Source of the DNA: Felis catus
Lineage: Eukaryota
Reading direction: 5' to 3'
DNA: 64,000 nucleotides
Assembly (NCBI RefSeq): GCF_018350175.1
Contig: NC_058369.1
Span: forward strand, 10,604,001-10,668,000
Shown: in pieces, positions 22,364 through 34,679 of the stretch
Numbering within the stretch: the first letter of the stretch is position 1
Layout of the letters: each line of letters opens with the position of its first letter
Position numbers and translations under genes: made by a program
The notes under the pieces: model-generated
Told to the model about the DNA's origin: nothing
Database searches by the model: none
What the model saw: only the letters and a program-made list of their open reading frames with translations

Positions 22364-25146
22364 TGGATGTTATTCCTTTTTAATGAGTCATTGAGTTCTC
22401 TAATATTATACCCTACTCTTTTGCCTCAGTTTCCTTCTTTTTTTCTGCTTCCTTATTCTCCATAAATTTGTCTTCTCTGTAACTGATTCGCTGCTCTGTT
22501 TCATCCAACCTCACCACCATAGCTTCCATTCGAGATTCCATCTCTGGTACAGCACTTTTTATTTCATCCTGGATAGCTTGTACTTCTTTTGTCTTCACAG
22601 AAAGAGATTCTACGCTTTTTCAACCCCAGCTAGTGTTCTTATTATCATGATTCTAAATTCTGTTCAGACTTCCTGTTGTATCTGTGCTGATTACATCCCT
22701 CGCTGTCATTTTTTTCCTGTTTATTTTGTGGTGAATTCCTTCGTTTCATCATTGTGGAGTAAGAAAAGGGATTAATAAAGTAAATAAAAGTAAAAATTAA
22801 AAAAATTAAAATAACATAAAAAATAAAATAAAGGATGCTAACTCCTAGGTTTGTTTTGGTCAGGTTGTTGTAAGAAGCTTGATAGAATAGAGATAGAAGG
22901 GAAAGAAAAGAAAAGAAAAAAAATGGAAAAAAAGAAAAACGTTTGGAATTAAAAAAATGAATACAATAAAAGAATAAAATGAGATGACAAAAGTCAAATA
23001 GAATTTTAAAAATTACAAAAATGTAAAAAATATAATAGGAAAATTTAAAGAAAATATTTTTCATAAAAACGGAAAAAAATCAAATTTTTTCCTTTTCTGT
23101 ATTCAGAAGTAATAAAAGAAAAGGAAAAGAAAAATATTGAATAGATGGACCAGCAAACAGAATGAAATATGATTGAAAATGCATCCAGTTTCCACTAAAG
23201 TCAAACTATGAAGCACTTTATAGTCTGTAAACTACGTAGGAAGAGAGACTGGTGATGTTCCTCTAGATTGTGGTTGGCCCAGTTGGGCGGTGCTTGGTGT
23301 AGTGACTCTGTTCTGCACTAGATGACGCTGCTTAGTTTAATGCAGTTGATCGATCGCTGTGGTGCATGAAAGTGCTTATGTGCATATGCGGGAGGGGTGA
23401 GAATGGAGTCCTACAGTCCCCCAGTCTCTAGTATCAGAAGTCTATCCTCTCATTGATTGGCAATCAAGCACCCTTCCTTTGTCTTTGGCTTCTGTCCACT
23501 CCCCATTTCTCCACTGTCTGTGACCAAGCTGTCAGCTTGGCAGAGGACACCTCCCCCCCAAATTTTATCTCAGATAGGGCAATGTTTACAAACTCCCCAT
23601 TTCTGAGGGCCAAGCAGCTTTGACCCTCTCAGACCCTCAGGGGAGGGTCCACCAAGCAATGTCATGGTGCCCGCCCACCCCTGGTACGTTTGTGTGACCG
23701 TGCTGCTGCAGATGCCCAGAGATTGTGGCCAGGTGCCCCAGAAAATGTTGGTGTGATTGTGTAGTAGCAGCATTTCAGGGATTATGGTAAATCACAGCAC
23801 CCATCTGGCACCAGGCTTCACCCTTACCATCCTTGTTCCAACAGCAGCAATGTGGCTGTTCTCCAGGGTCTGCTGGGACCTTTGCCTGTGGCGAGGCTGC
23901 AAGGCCTCTACCAAATATCCTCCCAGCAGAGAAATTGCCTCTCCCCGTGTGGCCTGAGGACCCCTCGGACCTTGCTGTCTGTTTCCCTCCCCACCAGAGC
24001 TCTCCCAGGTATCGAGCTGTGGAGTTTCAGACTCTATGCTCCCCTGTTTATAGCCTCTTCATGAAATTGAAACCCTCTCCTTTCTCTCTTCTCCCTGTTT
24101 TTGTTCAGTCCCCTCCTTCTCTTTCTCTCCAGCTGCTCTTTTGTTGGGCAGTGCTTCTCCTATACTCTCCCCCATCTCCATTCTCTCTCCACAAGCAAAA
24201 ACAGCTCCCTGCCCTCCATAGCTTCTCTCTTCCCCAGTTCACCTCTCCACGCTGTGTACCTGACAAATTCTGTGGTTCAAGTTGTGCAGATTGTTGTGTT
24301 ATTCCTCAGATCAGGTTTCTAGATATGCAAGACGGTTTGGTGTTGATTTAGTTGCATTTCAGTGAGGAGAGAGGCAAAAAACTTTCCATGCTCCTCTGCC
24401 ATCTTGGCCTCTCCCCAACATTGCCTTAGAATGTATCCACTGATACAGGAGGCTTTGAGCTCCTCTCTCTCTTATTTACATCCCACTCCTACACCCGTTG
24501 TGTTACCTGCTCTGCTCACAACTTTGTCTTTTCTATTGCCTGATGGTTTTGGGTGAGCTCTTGACTCAAGGTCTTTGCACATGCGATTTCTCTGCCTTAA
24601 CTGGTTTTCTCAAAGTTATCCACATGGTTCATGCATCCCTGAGTTTTCCAGCTCAGAAGCCCCTGATCAGTCATGACACAAAGGCAGGTTTTCCTTCCAC
24701 TTAGGACTACTGTGTCCCGAACTTTTTTCCTTATTAGTTGTAACCACCACCTGAAACACCATTTATTCCTTTATTAATATTCTGTTCCTCCCTCTGACAC
24801 ACACACATCTTAGACTGTCTTGTTAAGGTGAAACACACATTACTACTGCATTTGTGCAATGCTGTTAAAAATACTTGTCACAAGATAATGTGTTAAATTT
24901 TCTCGGGTGGAAAAAAAAGGTCCCAGGAAATTTATGGAGGAGAACATTGCTTTGGATAATTGTTTTGATTCAGAACAAGAATTGTGAACAGTTTAAGACT
25001 CATGGAAAACATGGATATTTGAGAGTCCCTGAAATTTTCTGGTGTATATTCTAGATTGGTAGGGAGTGTGTAAGAATTAATGAATGAAGCATTTTGAAAA
25101 GACAGCATTTCTTGTAATTCTGTGATCATGCTGCTGCCTTTCCAAT

Positions 25147-25165
25147 GTTCTTGTCTCTGTTCCAG
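25147..25165 (+). other. Candidate 3' splice acceptor of the coding exon (paralogous AG ends at 7669, 46271, 58503)
   Basis: A pyrimidine tract plus CAG (ttcttgtctctgttccag) ends exactly 17 nt before the ATG in all four copies. Confidence 0.65.
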
Positions 25166-25182
25166 CCATTTTCATCAATTAC

Positions 25183-26148
25183 ATGGAAGGAAGAAATCAA
25201 ACTCATGTTACGGAATTTATCCTCTTGGGACTCTCAGACCAGGGGGCGCTGCAGTCACTGCTCTTTTGGCTGTTCCTGTCCTTGTACTTGGTCACCTTCA
25301 CTGGGAACCTACTCATGATCCTGGCCATTATCACAGACTCCCTCCTCCACATGCCCATGTACTTCTTCCTCTCCAACCTGTCCTTTTCAGACATCTGTTT
25401 CACCTCCACCACCATCCCAAAGATGCTGCTGAACATCCAGACGCAGAGCAGAGGGATCTCCTACAAAGGTTGCCTCAGCCAGATGTACTTTTTCATGCTT
25501 TTTGCAGGAATCGACAACCTCCTCTTGACAGTGATGGCCTATGACCGGTTCGTGGCCATCTGTCACCCATTGCACTACATGGTCATCATGAACCCCAAGT
25601 TTTGTGGCATCCTGCTTCTGGGATCCCTGTTATTGAGTGTTCTTGTCTCTCTGTTACATGACTTACTGATTTTGCGACTCTCTTTTTGCGCAGATCTGGA
25701 AATCCTTCACTTCTTCTGTGAACTTATGCAGGTGATCCAACTTGCTTGCTCTGATACCTTCCTCAATGACCTGGCGATGTATTTGGCAAGTGGACTTCTG
25801 GGTGTTGTTCCACTCACTGGCATCCTCTCCTCTTACTCTAGAATTGTAGCCTCTATTTTGAGAATTTCATCAGTGAAGGGCAAGTATAAAGCATTTTCCA
25901 CGTGTGGGTCTCATCTCTCAGTTGTGTTCTTGTTCTATGGTACAAGCCTTGGTGTGTATTTTAATTCTGCTGCTTCACAAACCTCCAGCACAGGTGCCAT
26001 AGCCTCAGTCATGTACACGGTGGTGATGCCCATGCTGAACCCCTTCATCTATGGTCTCAGGAACAGAGACATCAAGCAAGCCCTGAGAAAGCTCTTTAGT
26101 CGAGAGACGTCTGCATGTAGGTTTCTTTGTTTCAGGATAAAGACTTGA
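25183..26148 (+). CDS. Olfactory receptor family 7 (OR7A/OR7C-like), 321 aa, intact (copy B)
   Basis: Single-exon ORF with an N-glycosylation site (NQT) and motifs [50 protein letters not shown] and PMLNPFIY. Family assignment is from recalled similarity to OR7A/7C; exact orthology cannot be determined here. Confidence 0.95.
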   Translation: MEGRNQTHVTEFILLGLSDQGALQSLLFWLFLSLYLVTFTGNLLMILAIITDSLLHMPMYFFLSNLSFSDICFTSTTIPKMLLNIQTQSRGISYKGCLSQMYFFMLFAGIDNLLLTVMAYDRFVAICHPLHYMVIMNPKFCGILLLGSLLLSVLVSLLHDLLILRLSFCADLEILHFFCELMQVIQLACSDTFLNDLAMYLASGLLGVVPLTGILSSYSRIVASILRISSVKGKYKAFSTCGSHLSVVFLFYGTSLGVYFNSAASQTSSTGAIASVMYTVVMPMLNPFIYGLRNRDIKQALRKLFSRETSACRFLCFRIKT

Positions 26149-26289
26149 GCAACAGGGCTTAAAACCCTAGAAGACCTAGATCATGATATTTGTATCAGTT
26201 CATAGGCTGGCAATGCGCATTTTTTCTCCTTAACATATTAGTTAGCTGTAAGTTTTCATACATCACAAGCAACTATTTTGTCTGTAGCT

Positions 26290-26493
26290 TTTTAAGGTTC
26301 ATTTATTTATTTTGAGTGGGATAGCAAGAATGAGTATGGAGAGCCAGAGGGAGATTGATGGAATATCCCAAGATATGTCCATGCTGTCAGCGCAGAGCAT
26401 GAAGTGGGACTTAATATCACAAACTGTGAAGTTTTGATCTGAACCATAATCAAGAGTTGGACTCTTATCTGGCTGAGCTACCCAGGAACCCCT
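26290..26493 (-). mobile_element. Older Can-SINE 3' of OR B (shared with 47397-47600 and 59630-59823)
   Basis: Degenerate SINE at the same paralogous site in B, C and D; empty site in A near 8785. Confidence 0.85.
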
Positions 26494-26561
26494 CTACTGA
26501 ATTTCTTTAAAACTGTTTAGTCATCGTATTAAATTCCATTGCACGGATTTTTAGAAGAAAA

Positions 26562-26740
26562 TTTTAATGTGTATTCATTTTTTGAGAAAGAGATAGAGAG
26601 AGAGAGAATAAATCAGAAGTAGGCTCCAGACTCTGAGCTATCAGCACAGAGGGTGATGCAGGGCTTGAAACCATGAATCGTGAGATCATGACATGAACCA
26701 AAGTCAGACGCTCAAAAAATTCAGCTACCCAGGTGTCCCC
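26562..26740 (-). mobile_element. Can-SINE 3' of OR B (shared with 47665-47950 and 59886-60072)
   Basis: TSD-like cattgca(c/t)ggatttt; empty site in A near 8827-8840. Confidence 0.85.
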
Positions 26741-28419
26741 ATTGCATGGATTTTAAGAACATATACATAATATAACAAATTGAGTACTTATAATGTGATA
26801 GGAGGAGCCAATGGAGTAAATGTGAAATGCTTTTTCTCTGGGTTGAAAGCAGGTGTCAGAGTATCTGCTTTTCGAGGAAAATCATTGTACCTATCACAGG
26901 TTATATACAAGTTTCGAGAGTTTTAAGTCAATCCACCTTGGAAGGAGATCACATCTGCAAGAGCCTAGGCACCTGGAACCTTCTGTGATTAGTTTACAAT
27001 AATCCACCTTCACTATGCAGTCTCCAGTTTCCCCTCACACAGTCCAAAACATAAATGAAGTGTGAAGGTAATAGAAATTGCAACTCCTGATTTTTCAGGC
27101 CTTGATAGTGGCATTCTTGGTGATTTTCCCAGGGATGCATTATTACTTTTCTTTTAATATTTGGTAGGCAGCAGCACTGTCCTGTGATTTCCCTCAGCAC
27201 CTCCTACCGTAATAGGCTCTTCACAGATCTCACACACAATATGGCTACTCTGCCTATTGCCACCTCCATCTTTTCTAATGCTGCAGCCCAGAAATTAGGC
27301 AGTGAGAACAGGATGCAATTATGGACTTGACCTGTGGCTTGTGAGACAGAATAAGATGAATGTCTCTTTCTCACCTACCCCAGAGGCCCTCATCTGGATT
27401 ATAAGCCATAATGGTAATTTTCTATTCCCTTATTCACAGTTTTCCAGGTAAATAGCCACAGGTCCTTTCAAACACTAGTATGCAGATAAATGTTCATGGG
27501 ACTATCTCTCAAAAAGAAACAGGGAAAGCAAGAAGAAAGGAAGTAATTGAGAACAAAAGAATAAAGAAGAGAGCTTATTTGTAACATTTGCCAGTTTCCA
27601 TGGTATAATTACTCTCATCTTTTCCAATATCAAGTTACCAATTTTAGTTCAGACCACAGTCCTCATGAACCATTATAAGCTAGCCAGCGCCATCACCTCA
27701 GAGCCTTTGGGTTGGGTTTGGAGGAAAATGTAAAGTAATTGTTGCCATTTTACAGCCTTCTGTCAGGTGTAAATGGTCACATCAGTTGAGGATTTGGGGC
27801 AGTGAACAGTCTCAGGACTGATAGGTAGAGATTATGACCCTTCATTGTAGTGACTCAGGTCTATCTTTTCTTCATGACTTTAGAGTTGGTTGTGTTTTTG
27901 TTTTTGTTTTGTTTTGTTTTTTTGTTTTGCTTATTTTTTTTATTTACACAAATTAGATAGGCTATTACTAAGCTGCCCATCTATTTTTGTTTCTTGGAGA
28001 CACCAGGATGAATTTGCCATTTGCAAAAATCCATGTGGATCAACCAGTGTTGATGAGAATAATTAATTCTTATGCACTATGAATAACATGCGTCAAATGG
28101 TTTGGGACTGCTGTCATGGCCTCTGGCAGTTCAGGAGGGGCTGAACTTAGGACAAAGGCATTTCAATTTTAGCAGGTCCATGGTAAGTCTGTCCTATGGG
28201 GGAGAAGCTCTGTAGAGTCTGTCAAGGAAAACATTATAGCCCTCCCCAAGCTATTTCTCAATGATCTTATGAATTTTATGTCGTCTGAAACTTTAGTTTG
28301 GGTATATTTGGGGTTGATGTATTGAATCACACAAGATAAACCCATCACAATGCCCTAGTCTCCTTGTACTTTGGATTCCTTCCTCTACATCATATTAAGC
28401 TATTTATGGCATTGAAATT

Positions 28420-28625
28420 ATTTTTTTCCTTAAAGTTCATTTATTTCTTTTGAGAGAGAAGAGAGCAAGCTGGGAAGGAGCAATCAGAGGGATAAAGAGA
28501 AAATCCCAAGCAGGCTCCACACTGCCAGCCCAGAGCTCAATATGGGTCTTGAACTCACATATTTTTAGTTCATGACCTGAGCCAAAATCTAGAGTAGGAC
28601 GCCTGACTGAGCCACCCAGGACAGA
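28420..28625 (-). mobile_element. Can-SINE (shared with 61803-62011 and a partial copy at 49215-49326)
   Basis: Flanked by tgaaatt; empty site in A near 10387. Confidence 0.85.
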
Positions 28626-29367
28626 TGAAATTCTTGTGGAGAATGTCACTCTTTCTTCATCATTTTTCAGGGTAAAAAATATATGTAATTTATTATTTTA
28701 AACATTTTGAAATATGCTTATGCATCATTAAGTACTTTCTCACTGTTTAGCAACCACCACCTCTATCTGTCCCCAGAACTTTCTCATCATCTCAAATTTA
28801 ACTTCAGTTTCCTTGTAATAGTAAATTCATATGGAAGATTCCCTCTGCCCCACCCCTGTCTCCCACCATCCTACCTTCTCTCTCTCAAACTGATAACCCT
28901 GGTTATCTCATATATGTGTAATTGTATAATATTGGTCCTTTAGTGCTGGCTTCTTTCAGTTAGCATAATGTTCGTGAGGTTCCTCTGAATTATAGCCTGT
29001 GTAGAATTCCATCCATTGAAAAAGCTGAATGATGTTCCACTGGATGTGTTCACCACACTTTGTTCAGATTATTGACGGACATTCACGTTGTCTCTACACT
29101 TTTGTTAGTGTGAATAAACCTGTTATGAAAATTGGTGTAGAAATATGTGTTTTGCTCACTTCTTTAATTTCTTTTTGGGCATATAAGTGGGTAAATAAAT
29201 AGCCGTGAAACTATTCCATCAAACGATAATTCTGGGTTTACATTATTGAGGAACTGTCACACTGTTTGCTTCAGCAGCTGTGTCCCTTTTTATTTTCATC
29301 AGCAAAGCACCACAGGGTTCCAATTTGTCCACATCCTCGCCAACACTCATCTTCTGTTTTAGTTTTC

Positions 29368-29599
29368 TTTTTTTTTTTTTTTTTTAATTTTTTTCAACGT
29401 TTATTTATTTTTTTTGGGACAGAGAGAGACAGAGCATGAACGGGGGAGGGGCAGAGAGAGCGGGAGACACAGAATCGGAAACAGGCTCCAGGCTCCGAGC
29501 CATCAGCCCAGGGCCTGACGCGGGGCTTGAACTCAGGACTGAGAGATTGTGACCTGGCTGAAGTCGGACGCTTAACCGACTGCGCCACCCAGGCACCCC
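29368..29599 (-). mobile_element. Young felid-type Can-SINE
   Basis: Long T tract and TSD tgttttagttttc. Confidence 0.95.
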
Positions 29600-29779
29600 A
29601 TGTTTTAGTTTTCAAATAGCCATCCTAGTGTGTGTGGAGTGGTATCACGCTATGGTTTTTATTTGCATTTCTGTAGTGATTAGTCATGTTGTGCATCTTT
29701 CATGTGCTAAATACCCATTGCTCTATAGTTTTGAGTCCATTGTTTTTTCTTTTTTTTTTCAAAACCAGTTTCATGCATT

Positions 29780-29827
29780 TTTTATTTTTTCATGAATTTA
29801 TTTTTTATTGTTTTACATTTATTGATT

Positions 29828-29869
<42 letters not shown>

Positions 29870-30043
29870 TCACGAGCATGACGAGGGGAGTGTCAGAGAG
29901 AGAGGGAGAGAGAGAATCCCAAGCAGGTTCCACGTAGTCAGTGCAGAGCCAGACGTGGGGCTCGAACTCACAAACTGTGAAATCATAGCCTGAGCTGAAA
30001 CCAAGAGCCAGACACTCAAACAACTGAAGCAACCGGGATCCCC
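29780..30043 (-). mobile_element. Can-SINE with expanded (GA)n
   Basis: SINE body gtgcagagccagacgtggggctcgaactcac; (GA)n near 29830-29866. Confidence 0.88.
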
Positions 30044-31239
30044 ATTAGTTTTACTTTTTAAAATTTATTTAGAAGTTTTAATTCCTGTATAGTTCACATA
30101 CAGTGTACTGTCAGTTTCAGGTGTATAATATGGTGCTTCAGCACCTCCATAAAACACCCAGTGCTCATCACAACAAGTGCCCTCCTTAATCCCCATCACC
30201 CATTTCTCCCATCTTCTTCCTTCCCCTCTGGTAACCATTAGCTTCTCTCTTTTTTTCTTGTGCTCGTTTGTTTTCTTTCTTAAATTCCGCATATGAGTGA
30301 GATCATGTGGTATTTGTCTTTCTCTAACTGACTTATTTTGCTCAACCTTATGCTCACTAGCTCCATCCAAGTCTTTTCAAATGGGAGGATTTCATTCAGT
30401 TTTATGGGTGAGTAGTATTCCATTGTATGTCTATACCAGATCTTTATCCATTCATCTATCAATGACACTTAGGCTCTTTCCATTATTTGGCTACTGTAAG
30501 TGATAGTGCTGAAACCACAGACGTGCATTTATCCCTTTGAATGAGTGTTTTTGTATTTGGGGGTAATGACTCAGGAGTGTGATTATTGGATTGTAACATT
30601 GTTTTCTTTCTTCCAAGATTTTATTTCAGTTCAAGTTAGTTACCATATAGTGTACTATTGGTTTCAGGAGTAGAATTTAGTGATTTGTTGCCTGCATAGA
30701 ATACACAAGTGCCTCCCTTAATGCCCATCACTCATCCAGTCCATTCCTCATTCAACTCCCCTCCAGCAACTGTCACTTTGTTAACTATGGTTAAGAGTCT
30801 CTTATGGTTTGGCTCCATCCCTGTTCTTATCTGATGTTATTTTTCGTTCCCTTCCCCTATGTTTGTCTGTTCTGTTTCTTAAATTCCACATGTAAGTGAA
30901 ATCATATGATATTTGTCTTTCTCTGACTTATTTTACTTGGTGAGCATAGTACACTCTAGTTCCATCTACATCATTTCAAATGGCAAAGCAACAAGAGTCA
31001 TTCTATTTTTAATGTTTTGAGGAATTTTCATACTGTTTTCTACAGTGGCTATATCAGTTTTTATACTTTCCAATAATGAAAGAGTGTTCCCCTCTCTCCA
31101 CATCCTCATCAACATTTTTTAATATATATTTTCAAAAGTTTTATTATGGAAGTGTGGATTCATTGTATGGCACACCTGAAACCGATATGACACTATATGT
31201 TAACTAGCTGGAATTTAAATAAAAGTTTTGCCTTTTTCT

Positions 31240-31248
31240 CTTTAATAT

Positions 31249-31283
<35 letters not shown>

Positions 31284-31442
31284 CAAGTGAGAGAGGGGGG
31301 TGAGGGAGAGAGAGAGAGTATCAAGTAGGTTCCATGCTCAGTAGAGAGCCCAACATGGGGCTCGATCCAACAACTCTGGGATCATGACCCAAGCCGAAAT
31401 CAAGTGTCAGACACTTAACTGACTGAGACACCAAGTTGCCCC
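31240..31442 (-). mobile_element. Older Can-SINE with (GA)n
   Basis: Body ccatgctcagtagagagcccaacatggggctcgatcc...cttaactgactgag. Confidence 0.88.
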
Positions 31443-33394
31443 AGCACTATTTTTAAAATTGAATTGTTTGTTGTTTTCCAAGAATTCTTGAAATTCTGTA
31501 CATAATTTGAATATTAATCTATTATCAGGTGTGTGATTCGTCAATAGCTTCTCCATTTTGTGGGTTGCCTTTTCATTTGGAAATAGTGCCCTTCAGTGCA
31601 CAAATACTTCTGATTTTGGTGATGTAATTTTTTCTCTAGTTGCCTGTGTCTTTGGTGTTATATCCAAGGAATCTTTGTAAAATTCAAAGTAATAAAGATG
31701 TACCTTTATGTGTTCTTCACGTGTTTATTTACAGTTCTATTTCCTACGTTTAGATCTGTGATACATTCGGAGTCATGTTTGTTGATGGTGGACAGAAGGG
31801 TCATTTTCATGTTTGTGCATGTGTATATCCAGGTTTCCATCACCATTTCTTGGAAAGACTGTTTACTTACCATTGAAATGTCCTGGAAGTCTTGTCAACA
31901 ATCATTCACTTGTAGGTATTCATTTCTAAGCTCCCTCCTCTTGCATTGACTCGTATCTGTTTTTATTGTTGTTGTGAAAGCTGGTCATTTAAAAATTAAA
32001 TTGTGGTAACTCTGAGTATTGTATTTTCCTCTTTCTCCAGTCATTATTTTTATGAAGTATACTTTACAGACAGAGTTGTATTAATTTCAGGTGTAAAATG
32101 TAATGCGTCAACAATTCTATGCACTATTAAGTGCTCATGGAGGTAAGGGTACTCTTAATTCACTTCATCTATCTCATCCAGCCACAGCCACCTTTGTCTC
32201 TGGCAACCACCAGTTTGTTCTCTGCATTAAAAATCTGGTTTTTTCTTTTGTTTTTTCCCCATGTTTGTTCATCTGTTTTGTTTCTTAAATTCCACATGGG
32301 AGTGAAATCAGTGTTTGTCTTTCTCTGATGGACTCATTTCCCTGAGCACTGTACCCTCTAGGTCCTTCCAAATTGCCAACTTACATAACTTTTATTATTA
32401 TTTTTTTTTCTCTTCAAAGGGGTCCATTGATTCCCTATTTTTCTATCTACAATTTTCTTAGACTATTGTAGTAGCAACAGTCTGTGTCTACCATTGTCCA
32501 AGGATGAATTTTCCACAGGGAGAGCTTGATCCTGGACATCCTGTCATGAGATCTGCACTGACATTCAGATATTTTCATCAATTCGTGTCAAGCCAATAGT
32601 CAAAATATCAGCATATCTTCTCTCTGCGTGCTGTCTAACTGCTCAGGGTCATGTTTGAGTTGTCATACTTGCCTCCCGATCATTGGTAGCAAGTATGAAG
32701 TATTTCCTACATTGGCTGCCCAGATACTTCCTGTTGGAGTGCTCTTACCCCTTCACCCACATCAAGACTTGGGACAAGTATTCGCTTGTTTGTGTAGACT
32801 TCACTCATCTCTTTTTGGAAAAGTTGTCTATGTTTGTATTCTCTTCATCAGGTGCCAATGCCTCTTCAGGTTAGCACATTCATTTACTTTTTTTTTTCTC
32901 TTGCTCTTTTGAGAAGGGACCATTTGTTCTACCTTTCTTCCTTCCTGTGATGTGGTTTAGTGTCTACTGTTAAACAACTGCTAATGAAGTTGTTAGTAAG
33001 ATGCTTAAAGAAGCAAATGGTTGAGTGATATCAAACAGACATTGCCTACATTGAAGGAGAAAGGAGAAGCAGGAGAAAAGAAGAAACACTGTGGAGGCTG
33101 GGAGTTCCATGATTGTGAGCTAACAGATGAGTACAGATGGGAGCAATAAGAGAGTTAGGGACACAGAATCCTGCAAATCCACAATTCAATATTTATGATG
33201 GAGTGCTCTGACTTATCAGTGAGAAACTCTAATGACAGGGAGCCTCCTTCTGGGATAAGAGAGTTTAATAGGATAAGAGACAATCAGGGAATGCCAAGGC
33301 TATGTCCCAACACTTGGATAAGTTTGCATTCTATTTTTGTCTCCTAGCTCCAGAGACCCAAGTCTCTTACATGGAAGAGAGACAAAAGAATATT

Positions 33395-33415
33395 TCATTA
33401 ATGAGACTCATGGGG
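33395..33415 (+). promoter_or_regulatory. Candidate OR promoter homeodomain + O/E motif (copy C)
   Basis: TCATTAATGA G ACTCATGGGG. Confidence 0.65.
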
Positions 33416-34679
33416 ATGAATTCCCTACAATTACAGAAATTGAAAATGCCTTTGCTGCACCCAGGAAGTCAACTCCTATAATCTCAGGTGATATGAGCAC
33501 ATAACTGTTTTCTAGAGACTTCCCAAGTGGGGCCATGTCTCTTCCCTTCCTAAGGATATAACTTCCAACCACATCACTCATCCATGGGAGAGACTGGGTC
33601 ATTGATCTCATGCTGTTCTGTGCTAACATCTGGGTGAGCCACGGCCTCTTCAGAAGTGCTGGGGAAATGAGTTATGGTGGGAGGGTCCCCTTGTATCGGT
33701 AGTTATTTTGGGACCTCAACAGGGACAATAAGTTGAGGAGAGTTTAGTGATGTCAAGCCCTGCCCATAAGGCTTTGATTGTGTAGGGAAACTCTGGATGC
33801 ACTAAACCATCTCTCCCCGATCTGTCTCCTCCAGAGTTAGTGCTTCATCAATGGGTCTTCGTCTCCCAACAGTCTTTCCTCTGTTTTCATTGCTGCTTCT
33901 CCCATTGTTGGGAGTGACTATTTACTGTTATTGAACCATTTGTTAATTGTAGTCATTCAACAAACATTTTTTCCCCCAGCAATTAATGTGTGGTAGACAC
34001 TACTATTTCTGTGAATAACTAAATGACTAAGACAGTGTTTCTTCTGTCAAGATCCTCACTGTGTAAACAGAGTGAGAGATGTAAAAATGAATAAACGTGA
34101 TAATGAGAGGCTGCACTGAAATCTGGGGAAGTAGATCCCCTAACGTTGTCTCTTTGTTTTATTTGTAATTGTTTTCAAAAAAGAGGACTCTTTTGCAGGA
34201 GTCAGTGAGGCTTCACAGAGAAGCCTATAGGTGCTGAGCCTTTAGAGGGGTGTTGGGGTCTTTCCATGGAGACGAAGGGTGTGAGCAGTCCAGAAACAGC
34301 AGAGGGGGAAATTTAGAGATTAAGTAGAGTGGGAGTTGTGCTGCTGAAATTAGAAATACCCTTACTGTCTGACCAACAGTCAGGAGCAGGGTCTGCAAAA
34401 TGAACCCAAATGAACCTGGCTGGGTAGGCAATAGTCAGGTTAAGAAACAATCTTACATTTTGGCTAGAAGGTCGAAATTGAAATCTGAAATTGTGAAGTG
34501 TAAGTGCTGTTTTTATGTCAGGGGACAGCTACGACAAGGTTTTTTCTATGGAAAAATGACCCAGGTTATTGTGAGGAAGAAACTATTGCTGCATTCAGAG
34601 TGGGAGAGGGTTGTCGAGGGATAGAAATAGCACCAGGCACAGAATGGGTCTCGGAGGGGTGGAAATCGTGAGTCCAGAA

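Larger units (their letters stand above)
17419..24416 (-). mobile_element. Near full-length, decayed LINE-1 in the putative intron of copy B
   Basis: The tail lies at 17419+. ORF2 fragments include endonuclease LSVLTLNVNGLNTPIK and DFNPPLT. ORF1 starts MMKRRNSPQ near 22752. The 5'UTR is about 1.65 kb and ends GGGGAGAGGCCAAGATGGC. The flanks are contiguous in A, C and D (gtgtccattgccttagaatg). Confidence 0.95.

Noticed and set aside
26528..26533. ATTAAA conserved 3' of all four ORs (8817, 26528, 47636, 59859) as the polyA signal
   Set aside because: Plausible, but a hexamer in AT-rich paralogous DNA is insufficient without 3'-end data.
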